A stretch of DNA of 64,000 bases from Armatimonadota bacterium. Lineage in GTDB: Bacteria; Armatimonadota; Fimbriimonadia; Fimbriimonadales; Fimbriimonadaceae. The notes below the pieces were generated by a model. That model did no database searches, had not been told where the DNA came from, and saw only the letters and a program-made list of their open reading frames with translations. Below are positions 47,646 to 57,707 of the stretch, one piece after another. Positions within the stretch are counted from its first letter, which is position 1; each line of letters opens with the position of its first letter. A program made the translations under genes and the position numbers. The stretch spans positions 365-64,364 of the forward strand of contig JBAXBU010000007.1 in NCBI GenBank assembly GCA_037141835.1, in the 5' to 3' direction.

Positions 47646-49100
47646 ATGCTTGAAGCTCAAGGAATTCATAAAAGTTATGGCTTAACGAAAGCACTCATCA
47701 ATGTATCTCTCCAAATTTGTCCCGGAGAGGTCCTTGCTATTGCCGGTGAAAATGGCAGCGGCAAAAGCACATTAATGCGAATCTTGTCCGGAGAAGAAAC
47801 TCAAGACGAAGGACAGTTGATGCTTGATGAACATGCATATCATCCTAAGAATCCCCAAGAGGCACTGAGCCGGGGAGTATCTTTGGTTCATCAGGAGCTT
47901 GCCCTCTGCCCGCACATGACGGTTGCAGAGAATATTTACTTGGGTCAAATGGGTAAGGGTGGTTTTTCTCCAAAAGAGGCGGAAAAATTGGCTCGTCCAA
48001 TTCTCGAGTCATTGGGCTATCAAGATTTGGATCCTGCAAAACTCGTGCGTGATCTGTCGATTTCGCTCCAACAAGTCGTCGAGATAGCTCGGACACAAGC
48101 AATTAACTCTCAGTACGTTTTGCTGGACGAACCCACGAGCAGTTTAACAAAAAGTGATATTCGAAACTTATTTGACTTAATTAAGAGGTTGAAGTCTCAA
48201 GGCAAGGCAATTGTATATATTTCTCATTTCCTCGACGAACTTCGAGAAATTGCTGATCGAATTGCAATCTTAAGAGACGGAGAACTTATTCATCAAGGTT
48301 TGATGTCGTCAGTTTCTGAGTCCGAGATCATCCACCACATGGTAGGCCGTGATATGACTGAGCTCTTTCCACGATCCGAACGCCATGTCGGCATTGCGCT
48401 TCTTGAGGTTGACCATTTGACTGGGGCAAATAGAAAGCCCAACAATTCAACCTTTAAACTGCATCGAGGAGAAGTATGTGGAATAGCTGGCCTAAATGGT
48501 GCAGGAAGAACTGAACTACTGAGATCGATTTTTTCACTGAATGAAGTTCAATCTGGGAAAATTCAGGTCGGCTCGTCAAGTCCAACAAGCATCCGAAACG
48601 CTTGGCAACTTGGAGCAGGCTTTGTGTCCGAGGATCGTAAAGAAGAGGGGCTGGCACTTAGCATGTCGATTGCGGAGAATCTGACTTTTCCAGGTCGCAA
48701 GGGATGGAAGTTCTCAACATCAAAAAACGAGAAGGTAGCCCAAGAATTCTCAACTAAACTTCGAGTTAAAGCAAGAACGGTTCAACAAAACATCAGCGAG
48801 CTGTCGGGCGGCAATCAACAAAAAGTTGCAATCGCCAGACTCTTGCATTCCGGCTGCGAAGTATTGATCCTGGATGAGCCAACCAGGGGAATAGATATCG
48901 GCAGCAAAGCCGAAATATACGAATTAATTGATGGACTAGCAAAGGACGGGAAAGCCGTACTGATCGTCAGTTCATACCTGCCAGAATTATTGGGAATATG
49001 TGACCGAATTGCGGTCATGAGTCGCGGCGTCCTTAGCGAATTCGTTCCGGTCGCGGAAACTAGTCAAGAGAAACTTATGGAGTTGTGCGTTACATCATGA
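47646..49100 (+). CDS. Sugar ABC transporter ATP-binding protein (RbsA-like, two NBDs)
   Basis: GENGSGKST, LLDEPT, LSGGNQQK, DEPTRGID. Confidence 0.95.
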   Translation: MLEAQGIHKSYGLTKALINVSLQICPGEVLAIAGENGSGKSTLMRILSGEETQDEGQLMLDEHAYHPKNPQEALSRGVSLVHQELALCPHMTVAENIYLGQMGKGGFSPKEAEKLARPILESLGYQDLDPAKLVRDLSISLQQVVEIARTQAINSQYVLLDEPTSSLTKSDIRNLFDLIKRLKSQGKAIVYISHFLDELREIADRIAILRDGELIHQGLMSSVSESEIIHHMVGRDMTELFPRSERHVGIALLEVDHLTGANRKPNNSTFKLHRGEVCGIAGLNGAGRTELLRSIFSLNEVQSGKIQVGSSSPTSIRNAWQLGAGFVSEDRKEEGLALSMSIAENLTFPGRKGWKFSTSKNEKVAQEFSTKLRVKARTVQQNISELSGGNQQKVAIARLLHSGCEVLILDEPTRGIDIGSKAEIYELIDGLAKDGKAVLIVSSYLPELLGICDRIAVMSRGVLSEFVPVAETSQEKLMELCVTS

Positions 49101-50077
49101 AAGCGAAAGGAGTCATTGGGGTCTTTATTGCCTGGGTTCTAATTTATGTCATTTTTATGTTTCTCATCTGGCACTTTAAGCCAAGTCAGGAGCCGTTTCT
49201 CAATCCAGGCAACCTAGAACTGATGATGCGTCAAGGCGTAATCGTGGGCCTCGGCGCCATAGGCATGTCATACGTTATCATGACTGGCGGAATTGATCTT
49301 AGTCCAGGCTCAACGATCGCTTTAACAACAGTTGTGGTTGCCCTCGTGCTCAAAGCAACAAACAATCCGATTCTGGGGATCGGAGTAAGCGTTCTGGTGG
49401 GATTGATCGCTGGCCTTATCAATGGAATCTTGGTTGCAAAGCTAAAAGTAGGACCTTTTATTGTGACTTTGGCGAGTATGTTGATCTTCCGTGGTGCGGC
49501 GAAAGGTTTTGCCAATGAGCAAACGGTTGGTAGCGTTCCGGATACTTGGTTGCAGGTCTTTACCGCCTCATTAGCCAAGAGCGAACGATGGCAGCTCATC
49601 CCAAAAGGTGCATGGGTATGGGTAATCCTACTCATCCTGATGACCGTCATTCTTCATCGAACAGTTTTTGGTCGAAATGTTGTTGCCATTGGCTCAAATG
49701 AAAAGACGGCAAGACTTTGTGGAATCAATGTCAACGCCGTAAAGATCGGAGTCTATGCCATATGCGGTGTTTTTGCCGGAATTGCAGGTCTTATGCAAGT
49801 TTCTCGAGTTCAAATCGGTGATCCGACGATTGCCGCCGGCGATGAACTCAAAATGATTGCTGCCGTCGTTATTGGTGGGGGGAGCCTGTTAGGTGGGGAG
49901 GGGAACTTGATTGGTGCGGCAATTGGCACATTGATCATGACCACTATCAATATGGGATCAACTCAGCTCGGAATATCAAATTGGATTCAAGAAATTGTCA
50001 CGGGGCTCATCATTGTTGTGGCCGTTGCCTTGGACCGATACCGAATGACCCGACCCGCTAAAATTGCTTCGGCGTAG
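49097..50077 (+). CDS. Sugar ABC transporter permease (RbsC-like)
   Basis: GGIDLS, FIVTL, FGRNVVAIGSN, IAAVVIGG; ATGA overlap with the ATPase gene. Confidence 0.93.
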   Translation: MKAKGVIGVFIAWVLIYVIFMFLIWHFKPSQEPFLNPGNLELMMRQGVIVGLGAIGMSYVIMTGGIDLSPGSTIALTTVVVALVLKATNNPILGIGVSVLVGLIAGLINGILVAKLKVGPFIVTLASMLIFRGAAKGFANEQTVGSVPDTWLQVFTASLAKSERWQLIPKGAWVWVILLILMTVILHRTVFGRNVVAIGSNEKTARLCGINVNAVKIGVYAICGVFAGIAGLMQVSRVQIGDPTIAAGDELKMIAAVVIGGGSLLGGEGNLIGAAIGTLIMTTINMGSTQLGISNWIQEIVTGLIIVVAVALDRYRMTRPAKIASA

Positions 50078-51470
50078 TGATTTGAAGTTTTTTCCGGACA
50101 AATATAAACTTTGGTCCGTCCGGAATCACGGCAACAAACTCGTCATCAGTGACAAAACTAAACACTGATTCTTCATAAATTGCCGCTCCGACAAAGCCGG
50201 GTGCTGAAATCCTCGAAGCACTCAGTGCCGTGTCGATATCCAAGGCTCGTTCTACTTTGCGAGCAAACCCGCCATCGAAAAGCCGAACCACTGCCTTGAC
50301 GCTTGGATTGATCCCTTTGGCTACCAAGCAAGAGGATAAGTTGACTGCATCGTCATGGGTGGCAGATATGACTGACATGGCGGATTCAATACCGGCTAGC
50401 TTGAGGGTCTCATCATCTCGGCCGTCTCCCACAATGAACGTCACAGACTCTGCTAACAAGCTGCGATACTTGGCATTTGCGCTACTATCAATCGCAACAA
50501 CTGCGTATCCAAGCTTGGTCAGTGTTTCCGTGATGCGAAAACCAACATTGCCAATCCCAACCACGATCACATGACCACTCTCCGAGACCTTTTGGCGACC
50601 AAGAATCTCGGCAAATCTTGAAGATACAAAGTAGTCGGTAATGATCGAGTAAAGAATTGCGACTGAAGCAGAACCTAATATCATCATCAAGCATGTATAA
50701 AGCTTGACTGCCACGTTGGCATCTTTGACACTGATATCCCCATAACCTGTCGTCGTGAGCGTTGTGATGACAAAGTAAGTCGAATCAATTGGCGAGAGCT
50801 TCATGGAAGCGCTAAAAACCAATATGCTTGTAATCGACAGGATGGTAATTCCGAATAACAACCAAATGAGAAGTGGAGGAATATTCCGAAAGAAGTTCTT
50901 TACACTGATTTTCTGCTTCTTCGTTCTTCGTTTGGAAATGCTCTGATGGTTGGATTTCTGTATATCCGCTTCGCCGTCACTAGGCAAATGGACAACGAAA
51001 TTACTTTCTTCGAAATCAAATGAGCCAATAACATTCGATCCGATTGAAGCCGCCGCAAAGCTTGGAGCCGCCAAAACCGACATCGCAAGGGCTCGGTGGA
51101 TGCCTACCGACTTTTCTAACCGCTTGGCAAGGGTTTGATCAAACAATCTGGCGACCACTCGAACAGCAGGGTTGAGAGTCTGAGCGTCTAACGAAATCTC
51201 GATATTCGTTAGGTCAGAATCAGTAACCGCAATGAGTGCTTTTGCCTCATTTATCTTGGCCTCTAAAAGGATCAGGCTATCCCGGGCGTCGCCAAGAATG
51301 ACGGAAGCACCAAGCTCTCGAATCTCTCTCTCAAATTCTGCTCGAGCGGCTTCGGCGACAACGGTTACCGACTGACCCATCTGGAGCAGAAGCATCGTAA
51401 CGCGATAGCCCACCTGGCCCAAACCACAAACAATAACATGCGCCAAGGCCTTACTTGCCTCCCATTCCAC
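50058..51470 (-). CDS. Potassium channel protein, RCK(TrkA-N)-pore-RCK
   Basis: VCGLGQVG and VVGIGNVG Rossmann motifs flanking the TLTTTGYGD selectivity filter; true start may be TTG at 51446. Confidence 0.88.
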   Translation of the reverse strand: MEWEASKALAHVIVCGLGQVGYRVTMLLLQMGQSVTVVAEAARAEFEREIRELGASVILGDARDSLILLEAKINEAKALIAVTDSDLTNIEISLDAQTLNPAVRVVARLFDQTLAKRLEKSVGIHRALAMSVLAAPSFAAASIGSNVIGSFDFEESNFVVHLPSDGEADIQKSNHQSISKRRTKKQKISVKNFFRNIPPLLIWLLFGITILSITSILVFSASMKLSPIDSTYFVITTLTTTGYGDISVKDANVAVKLYTCLMMILGSASVAILYSIITDYFVSSRFAEILGRQKVSESGHVIVVGIGNVGFRITETLTKLGYAVVAIDSSANAKYRSLLAESVTFIVGDGRDDETLKLAGIESAMSVISATHDDAVNLSSCLVAKGINPSVKAVVRLFDGGFARKVERALDIDTALSASRISAPGFVGAAIYEESVFSFVTDDEFVAVIPDGPKFIFVRKKLQITTPKQF

Positions 51471-52269
51471 TCAATGCAATTCCCTTAAGGAAGTAACGCT
51501 GTGCAAAGAAAAATAGGAGAATTGTAGGCAAGATGTGTACAAGAGATGCCGCCATCACCTGCTCGAAGTTTGTCCCAAAAGTATCTTGAAACATGCGCAG
51601 GCCAATGCTGACGGTGTACTTTTCTGGAGAGTTCAAATAAATGAGCGGACCTTCAAATGCGTCCCAATGGCCCAGAAATGAAAAGAGTGCCACTGAGGCA
51701 ATCGCCGGACCAGAAAGAGGCAGAAGTATTCTCCACCAGATCCTTATGAAGCTCGCACCATCAATCATCGCCGCTTCATCAAGTTCACGTGGAATGGTCA
51801 GAAAGAACTGTCTAAGCAAGAAGATATTGAAGGCCCCGCCACCGAAGAACGCGGGCACAATCAACGGGAAAAAGGTATCAATCGCGTGCAATTTTCGCCA
51901 AACAAGAAACACCGGAATCTGGGTTACCTGGCCGGGCAACATCATGGTAGCTAACATCGTGAAGAAGAGAAAATTTCTCCACTTAAAGGTAAATCTTGAG
52001 AATCCGTAGGCTACTAATGAACCAGTAATTACCTGTGCAATTGTGCAGATCACCGTGATGAAAACAGTGTTCATCACAAACGTTGGAAAGGGTAATGCCG
52101 TCCAAGCTTTGGCGAAATTTGAGAAATCGGGATTTGCGGGAATCAGTCGTCCCGGGTCTTTGGCATACTCCGCCGACGATTTAAGCGCTGTAGAAATCGT
52201 CCAAAGGAAGGGGATCGAGAACATGAGAGATCCTAAAATAAGCAAGATGTAGGTCGGAATTCGTTTCAC
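51451..52269 (-). CDS. Carbohydrate ABC transporter permease (MalG-like)
   Basis: EAA loop ELDEAAMIDGA. Confidence 0.93.
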   Translation of the reverse strand: MKRIPTYILLILGSLMFSIPFLWTISTALKSSAEYAKDPGRLIPANPDFSNFAKAWTALPFPTFVMNTVFITVICTIAQVITGSLVAYGFSRFTFKWRNFLFFTMLATMMLPGQVTQIPVFLVWRKLHAIDTFFPLIVPAFFGGGAFNIFLLRQFFLTIPRELDEAAMIDGASFIRIWWRILLPLSGPAIASVALFSFLGHWDAFEGPLIYLNSPEKYTVSIGLRMFQDTFGTNFEQVMAASLVHILPTILLFFFAQRYFLKGIALSGMGGK

Positions 52270-53174
52270 TTTGCTTCACCTTCATAGTGAACCCAACGCT
52301 TTGACATGGCAAATTGAATGAGCGTAAAGGTCAGCAAAATTGCAAAGAGAATCCAAGCCATTGCGCTGGCTTTGCCCAATTTGAAGTACTCAAACGCGTT
52401 CCGGAAGATGTAAAGAGAATAGAACAACGAAGCATTATTAGGGCCTCCACTGGTCATGATGTAAGCGCTGGTAAACACCTGGAATGCACCAACTAACCCT
52501 AAAACTAAGTTGAAGAACATGACGGGAGATAGGCAGGGTAGGGTGATATGTCGAAACTGGGTCCAAGTTCCAGCCCCATCCAGTCTGGCTGCTTCATAAT
52601 AGCTTTCTGGAATTCCTTGCAGTCCGGCAAGGAATATGATCATTCGCTGACCGCCGATTCCCCAAAGGGACATCAGGACAAAGGCAAATAGGGTGTATTT
52701 TTCGTTTTGGAGCCATTCAATATTCGGTAAACCAAGAAACCCTAGTCCTTGGTTAAGAATGCCACTGTCTGCATTGAAGACCCATTGCCATACTAGTGCA
52801 GAGGCTACTGCCGGAACCATAGATGGTAAGTAGAACAATGTTCGATATAACCGCACTCCCTTGATTGGCTGATTGAGAAGAATTGCAATGGCAAGGGATC
52901 CCAATACGCCAAGTGGAACCGTGAGCAGGGCATAGAGAGCCGTGTTCTTCAATGATTTCCAAAACAAAGGGTCTTGGGTCAAAAGTCGTCGATAATTTTC
53001 GAGCCCAACAAACTTTGAATTGGCTAGATCATATTTGTACAACGAAAGGACAAGCGACGAAAGCATTGGCCCAACCGTGAAGATCAAGAAGCCAATTAAC
53101 CACGGGCAAATGAAAAGAAATCCCCAAAACTCCTGCCGGTCAATGAGCCGCTTTCGAGATCGCTTCTTTACCAT
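52266..53174 (-). CDS. Carbohydrate ABC transporter permease (MalF-like)
   Basis: LQGIPESYYEAARLDGA; start moved to MVKKRS at 53174. Confidence 0.93.
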   Translation of the reverse strand: MVKKRSRKRLIDRQEFWGFLFICPWLIGFLIFTVGPMLSSLVLSLYKYDLANSKFVGLENYRRLLTQDPLFWKSLKNTALYALLTVPLGVLGSLAIAILLNQPIKGVRLYRTLFYLPSMVPAVASALVWQWVFNADSGILNQGLGFLGLPNIEWLQNEKYTLFAFVLMSLWGIGGQRMIIFLAGLQGIPESYYEAARLDGAGTWTQFRHITLPCLSPVMFFNLVLGLVGAFQVFTSAYIMTSGGPNNASLFYSLYIFRNAFEYFKLGKASAMAWILFAILLTFTLIQFAMSKRWVHYEGEAK

Positions 53175-54454
53175 CCGGGTTCCTCGGCAAGCACTTTGTT
53201 GATTGCCAGGGCGGCGTGTTCGGCAACAACTTTTGCATCGGTTTCTCGACCACTCCAAAGGGCATCAAGCTCGTTATTCATGGTGGTTGTCCATTCCGCC
53301 CATCGCTCATCGATTGGCAACTGCTTTCCGCCCTTAACCGCACTAAGGAAAATCCGAATTTGAGTAGGTGGCAAGGTGGATTCAAGAAACTCAGGGCTAT
53401 TGGCGACTGCTTTTCGAGTTGGAAAGCATCGGCGGTTAGTAACATAAAGTTGTTGCTCCGTCTCTGGGCTTGTTATAAATCGAGCAAATCTCCATGCCGC
53501 TTCGGGATGCTTAGTATGCTTGGGAATAACCAACTGATTACCTTTAACGATTGTGGAGCCTGATACTGGTCCAACCGGCAATGGTACGACATCCCACTCA
53601 AAATCCTTAACTGCCTTTCGGTATCGTGGCGTCATTCCCATCCAGTCAATACTCATACCGAGTTTTCCACCTTCAAAGGTAAATGCGGAATTTGCTGCTT
53701 GAGCTGGAGTTGGCGCACAACCGTGCTTGTAGCGCAGATCTGCAACGAACTGAAGTCCGGCAACAGCTTTGGGATCGGCAAGCATTGACTTGGTGTGCGA
53801 TTCATTGAGTAGTACGCCCCCAAAACCATAAACGAAGGGAGTCCAAGTTGGAAAAATCGGAAGTGCTACTCCAAATTGAATAAATCGGTTTTGCGAATCT
53901 TTCTTGGTTATCTTCTTGGCTGAATCAACGAATGACTTGTAGGTCCATCTTCCCTCGGTCCACATTTTGTAGGGGTCTTCAACACCTTCTTTTGCAAACA
54001 TTGTTTTGTTGTAGTAAATGACGGTTCCACCAAAAAGAACGTTAAGCCCAAACAATCGGTTGTTAACTTTACACTCTTCGATAGTTTGAGGAAAGAAATC
54101 ATCCTCGTTCCAAGTGGGATCCTTTTTGGCAAGTTCCGACATATCCAAGAAGAAGTCTTTCTTTTGCAAATTCGCGAAGTTATAGTGATCAACCCGGAGA
54201 ACGTCTGGTGCCGTATCTGAAGCGAGCATGACAACGGATTTATTTGCATATGCCGAACCCGGTACTTTTAGGAACTTGACATGAACGTCGGGATTATCCC
54301 GATTGAATTGTTCGCAAAGCTGCTCTTCCAGGGCTAACTGTTCGGGGTTTCCCCAAGCCATGTACCGAATATTGATTTTTTCGTCGTTCGCGGTTGGAGC
54401 ACATGCCGAGGTAAGCAAAACAAAGGATATGATGCAGATTCTGGAAATGTTCAT
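53168..54454 (-). CDS. Carbohydrate ABC transporter substrate-binding lipoprotein
   Basis: Lipobox LTSAC; APDV, YYNKTMF, WDVVPLP, EAAWRF. Confidence 0.9.
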   Translation of the reverse strand: MNISRICIISFVLLTSACAPTANDEKINIRYMAWGNPEQLALEEQLCEQFNRDNPDVHVKFLKVPGSAYANKSVVMLASDTAPDVLRVDHYNFANLQKKDFFLDMSELAKKDPTWNEDDFFPQTIEECKVNNRLFGLNVLFGGTVIYYNKTMFAKEGVEDPYKMWTEGRWTYKSFVDSAKKITKKDSQNRFIQFGVALPIFPTWTPFVYGFGGVLLNESHTKSMLADPKAVAGLQFVADLRYKHGCAPTPAQAANSAFTFEGGKLGMSIDWMGMTPRYRKAVKDFEWDVVPLPVGPVSGSTIVKGNQLVIPKHTKHPEAAWRFARFITSPETEQQLYVTNRRCFPTRKAVANSPEFLESTLPPTQIRIFLSAVKGGKQLPIDERWAEWTTTMNNELDALWSGRETDAKVVAEHAALAINKVLAEEPGW

Positions 54455-54614
54455 CGTCCCTTCGTGAAACTATTCTAGCCCACTGACTCGGTGCATTCAA
54501 CAAAACGAGCAAAAATGCCATTTACTCTGAATAATTTGTCATTTTGAATCTAAAAAAAGTTTTCCACAATGCACAATAAGTAGAATAGATTTTTATTGAT
54601 TTTGCGGAGTTACA

Positions 54615-55526
54615 TTGAATATTAGTGATCGGTCTCAAGGTTTAGAAAACCCCTTGACAAAAGTTTCAAACAAGGCGCGATTTGTGCCCTTGTTTCTAGG
54701 TGCCATCTTCATAGTTGGAGTAGGTATTGCAACGGCTTCTACCGGAATATCTCCGCAGCAAGCTACCCCTCCCCAGTCCCCACCAAAGGCAGAAGGAACC
54801 CAAGCGCAAGTTAAGCCATTAGAAGTACCAAAAATAGTCCCAATCAAAAGTGAAGATGTTCAAGGAATAACCTTTGCTGATAAACCAGGGGTCACCTATG
54901 TTCTTGCAAGGACATTGTCTGAGCGCCTTTCGCTCGATTTGGACTTAGACAAAAACGAAAAAGTCATGACCATTGGTGACCAAACATTCACTGGCTTTCG
55001 TCGACTTTTTAATGGCAGCATCATTATTCCAATCCGTGACATTGAAAAGCTCGATGGAACACTTGAGCCAACCAAAGAAGATGGCCGAGTGACTATCCAG
55101 CACTACGCAAATATTTTTGATGTAGTAATCGGCAAAAAACGAATCGAAGTCGACAAGGCCGCCCAAGAGCTGACCGCCTTTCAGGGTGACATTGTTGTCC
55201 TTAAGTCAAATGTGAGTACCGGTCGGCCAGGTCACAATACGCCAAATGGTGATTTCAAAACTGGACCAAAAGAAAGGATGCATTATTCCCGCAAATACAA
55301 CAATGCGGAGATGCCTTACGCAGTTCAAGTCAATGGCGATGTATTCTTTCATGGCTACCCTTCAGTGCCAAGTTATCCGGCGTCTCACGGCTGCATCCGA
55401 ATGCCGTTAGGTAGAAATGGAGCCGCTAAGTACCTATTTGGATGGGTTGAGCGTGGAGTTGATGTAAAGATTTTTGGAGTCTATAGTTGGGAATCTCGCC
55501 GCACTAAGAAAAGGCGAAACGGTTAG
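54615..55526 (+). CDS. L,D-transpeptidase (YkuD) family protein
   Basis: FFHGYPSVPSYPASHGCIRM catalytic motif; N-terminal TM. Confidence 0.9.
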   Translation: MNISDRSQGLENPLTKVSNKARFVPLFLGAIFIVGVGIATASTGISPQQATPPQSPPKAEGTQAQVKPLEVPKIVPIKSEDVQGITFADKPGVTYVLARTLSERLSLDLDLDKNEKVMTIGDQTFTGFRRLFNGSIIIPIRDIEKLDGTLEPTKEDGRVTIQHYANIFDVVIGKKRIEVDKAAQELTAFQGDIVVLKSNVSTGRPGHNTPNGDFKTGPKERMHYSRKYNNAEMPYAVQVNGDVFFHGYPSVPSYPASHGCIRMPLGRNGAAKYLFGWVERGVDVKIFGVYSWESRRTKKRRNG

Positions 55527-55528
55527 CC

Positions 55529-55565
55529 AAAAAAAAAGAGCTTCCAAGTTGGAAGCTCTTTTTTT
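55529..55565. terminator. Bidirectional terminator
   Basis: A-run, GAGCTTCC-AAGTT-GGAAGCTC, T-run. Confidence 0.88.
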
Positions 55566-55582
55566 GTTAGTCGGGTTTGCGC

Positions 55583-57493
55583 CTATCCCGGAGTCAAGGT
55601 AACTTGATCGAACTTGAGTGTTGTCGGTGTGGCAATTTTGTTTGACCTCGATGGATTGACTGCTCTCACCAAGACTTTTACGGCTCCACTTGGTCCAATA
55701 TAGGCGGTTGCATTGGGAACTTGAAAGTTTGTTATTTTGTCAGTGCCAGACTGAGAAACGCTTCCAAAGTTAACATACTTGCCAGTGCTGTAATTGTAGA
55801 CAAAGTACAAGGCTTGAACAAGTTCAGTAGTACTCGTCTCAAAAGAGAACTGAAGAGTTGAAGCTGTTAAATCCGGTACTGTGAAAGTTGCAAATCCAGA
55901 AGCAACATGACCGGTACCAGCCAAAAGGATTGAGTTAACTTTGAAGTAGGAATCATCAGAGCTAATGACGTTCGCAAGGCCACCCACGCTACTGACGCCT
56001 TCAAACATCCCGATTGCATCCGGCTTTAGCGCGTCTTTTGCAATGGTCACATTGACTGGCAAAGAAGGAATGCCGTTAGCTACAACTTCCAGTGTCGCTG
56101 GTCCGGTTTCAGCTAACAACGGAACGTCAATGTTTGTTGAAACCACCAATGGGCCGGTTGCGACACCCATCGAACTATGTCCAGATGTTCGGAAGTATGT
56201 GACATGTTTTGCTCCAGTCTTATACGTGATCCTGACAAGCGGGTAGTTTGTTGCGTTCGTGCTATCGTCACCATAAAAACTGTTCTGAGAAAGACCATTT
56301 AACTGTCGCCCTTTGAGTACAGCCGATTTGCCAAGAATCAATATCGATGGAACTGAGGTGATCGTTGGTCTCCAAGAATTTTGGAACGTTCCGGCATAGT
56401 CATAAACTTCAACGTTTGAGCTAAAGTTTGTGTAAAGTGCTTGTCCCGTTGGAAGCATAAGGAAGTTGCCAGTAAAGCAAGGATGAGCGCCTCCAGTTGT
56501 TGGCGTTGGTGCTGGAACAAAGGCTCCGGTACCATCAAATTCAAAGAAGTTCGTCGGACTTGCAAAGACGCCAGGGCTTGCACCAAACAGTACGTGTCCA
56601 TTCGGCAATAAGCAAGCTGGAGCATCGGCTAAACCTAACTGTCCACCAATATTCGGAAGATCAGGAAGTGCAGCCCATGAACCGGTATCCAAGAGATTCG
56701 CTCCCGGGGTGTACATTGCATTGTGTCCAATAGCTCCAATCGCAAGAACCTTGCAAGTTGGAAGTAATACCAAAGGGCCAATTTCTTCCGAACCAGCGTC
56801 AGTTAAGAAGTCTGGTGTTGCCCCGGCAGATATCCATTTTCCTAGGGTTGGAAGATATCGCTCAGTGCCAGGTGCTGCTTCAGCGTCTGGACATAAAATT
56901 GAGCCATCTGGCATCAGTGTCCAGCCCTCTTCATCATGTCGATCTGCTTTACCGACATTGCTCATCGGGGTCCAAGTAAGAGTAGAAGCATTCAGTGCTG
57001 CCATTCTTGTATCGAACGGCATTGCAAGGGCAAATGTACCATCAGGCAGAACGGTACATTGAGCGTCGCCAATGTTGTTCCAACCTGTCGGTGCAGACAT
57101 GGATGTCCATTTATTCTTGATTGGATCGTAAATCGCACCTTTGTTGGTCCAAACAGCAGGTCCCAAATTGTATTCGCCACCCATTACGAGCAATCGTCCG
57201 TCCTTCAAAACCGCTGATGCAAAATAGAGGGGACCATAGTCTGCAGCCATACTTGCTGCTTTTTTCCAAGTCCCATTCACATAACTTCCTTTATTGTTGG
57301 GTGTCAACCGATACCAATCTGGCGACATGATGTCGTGAACCATAACTGTCCCATCGGTAAGAAGGATTGGCTCGCCAGCTTGTTGTGGACCGCCAGTCGC
57401 AACTATTTTTGTCCAGCTTTGTGCTCCAGAGACGGCGCTTAGCGCTAACGTCGCAAGGCAGGCCATTGACGACCAACTTTTCAGTGTTTTCAT
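55583..57493 (-). CDS. Secreted Kelch-like beta-propeller protein with Ig-like and C-terminal shared domain
   Basis: Signal peptide; repeats LLTDGTVM, VLKDGRLL, VLPDGTF, LMPDGSIL, LLPNGHVL, MLPTGQAL. Confidence 0.8.
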   Translation of the reverse strand: MKTLKSWSSMACLATLALSAVSGAQSWTKIVATGGPQQAGEPILLTDGTVMVHDIMSPDWYRLTPNNKGSYVNGTWKKAASMAADYGPLYFASAVLKDGRLLVMGGEYNLGPAVWTNKGAIYDPIKNKWTSMSAPTGWNNIGDAQCTVLPDGTFALAMPFDTRMAALNASTLTWTPMSNVGKADRHDEEGWTLMPDGSILCPDAEAAPGTERYLPTLGKWISAGATPDFLTDAGSEEIGPLVLLPTCKVLAIGAIGHNAMYTPGANLLDTGSWAALPDLPNIGGQLGLADAPACLLPNGHVLFGASPGVFASPTNFFEFDGTGAFVPAPTPTTGGAHPCFTGNFLMLPTGQALYTNFSSNVEVYDYAGTFQNSWRPTITSVPSILILGKSAVLKGRQLNGLSQNSFYGDDSTNATNYPLVRITYKTGAKHVTYFRTSGHSSMGVATGPLVVSTNIDVPLLAETGPATLEVVANGIPSLPVNVTIAKDALKPDAIGMFEGVSSVGGLANVISSDDSYFKVNSILLAGTGHVASGFATFTVPDLTASTLQFSFETSTTELVQALYFVYNYSTGKYVNFGSVSQSGTDKITNFQVPNATAYIGPSGAVKVLVRAVNPSRSNKIATPTTLKFDQVTLTPG

Positions 57494-57656
57494 TTGTGTG
57501 TGTCCCTTTATACCGAAAGGCTATATAAATACTAAATCCGTTCAGAAAATCAACGACTAAAGTACGGACGTATTTTTCCCAACGTTACCCACTTTGCCTG
57601 GGAAACACATGTACTAATCGTATAAATGCCATAAGAATTGATGGCAAGCCGGTGAC

Positions 57657-57688
57657 AAAAAAAGAGACCGTGCCAAATCGGCACGGTC
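57657..57688 (-). terminator. Rho-independent terminator of 57708-59711
   Basis: GACCGTGCC-AAATC-GGCACGGTC with an A-run on + (U-run on -). Confidence 0.85.
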
Positions 57689-57707
57689 CATTTCCCTTTA
57701 ACTGAAC

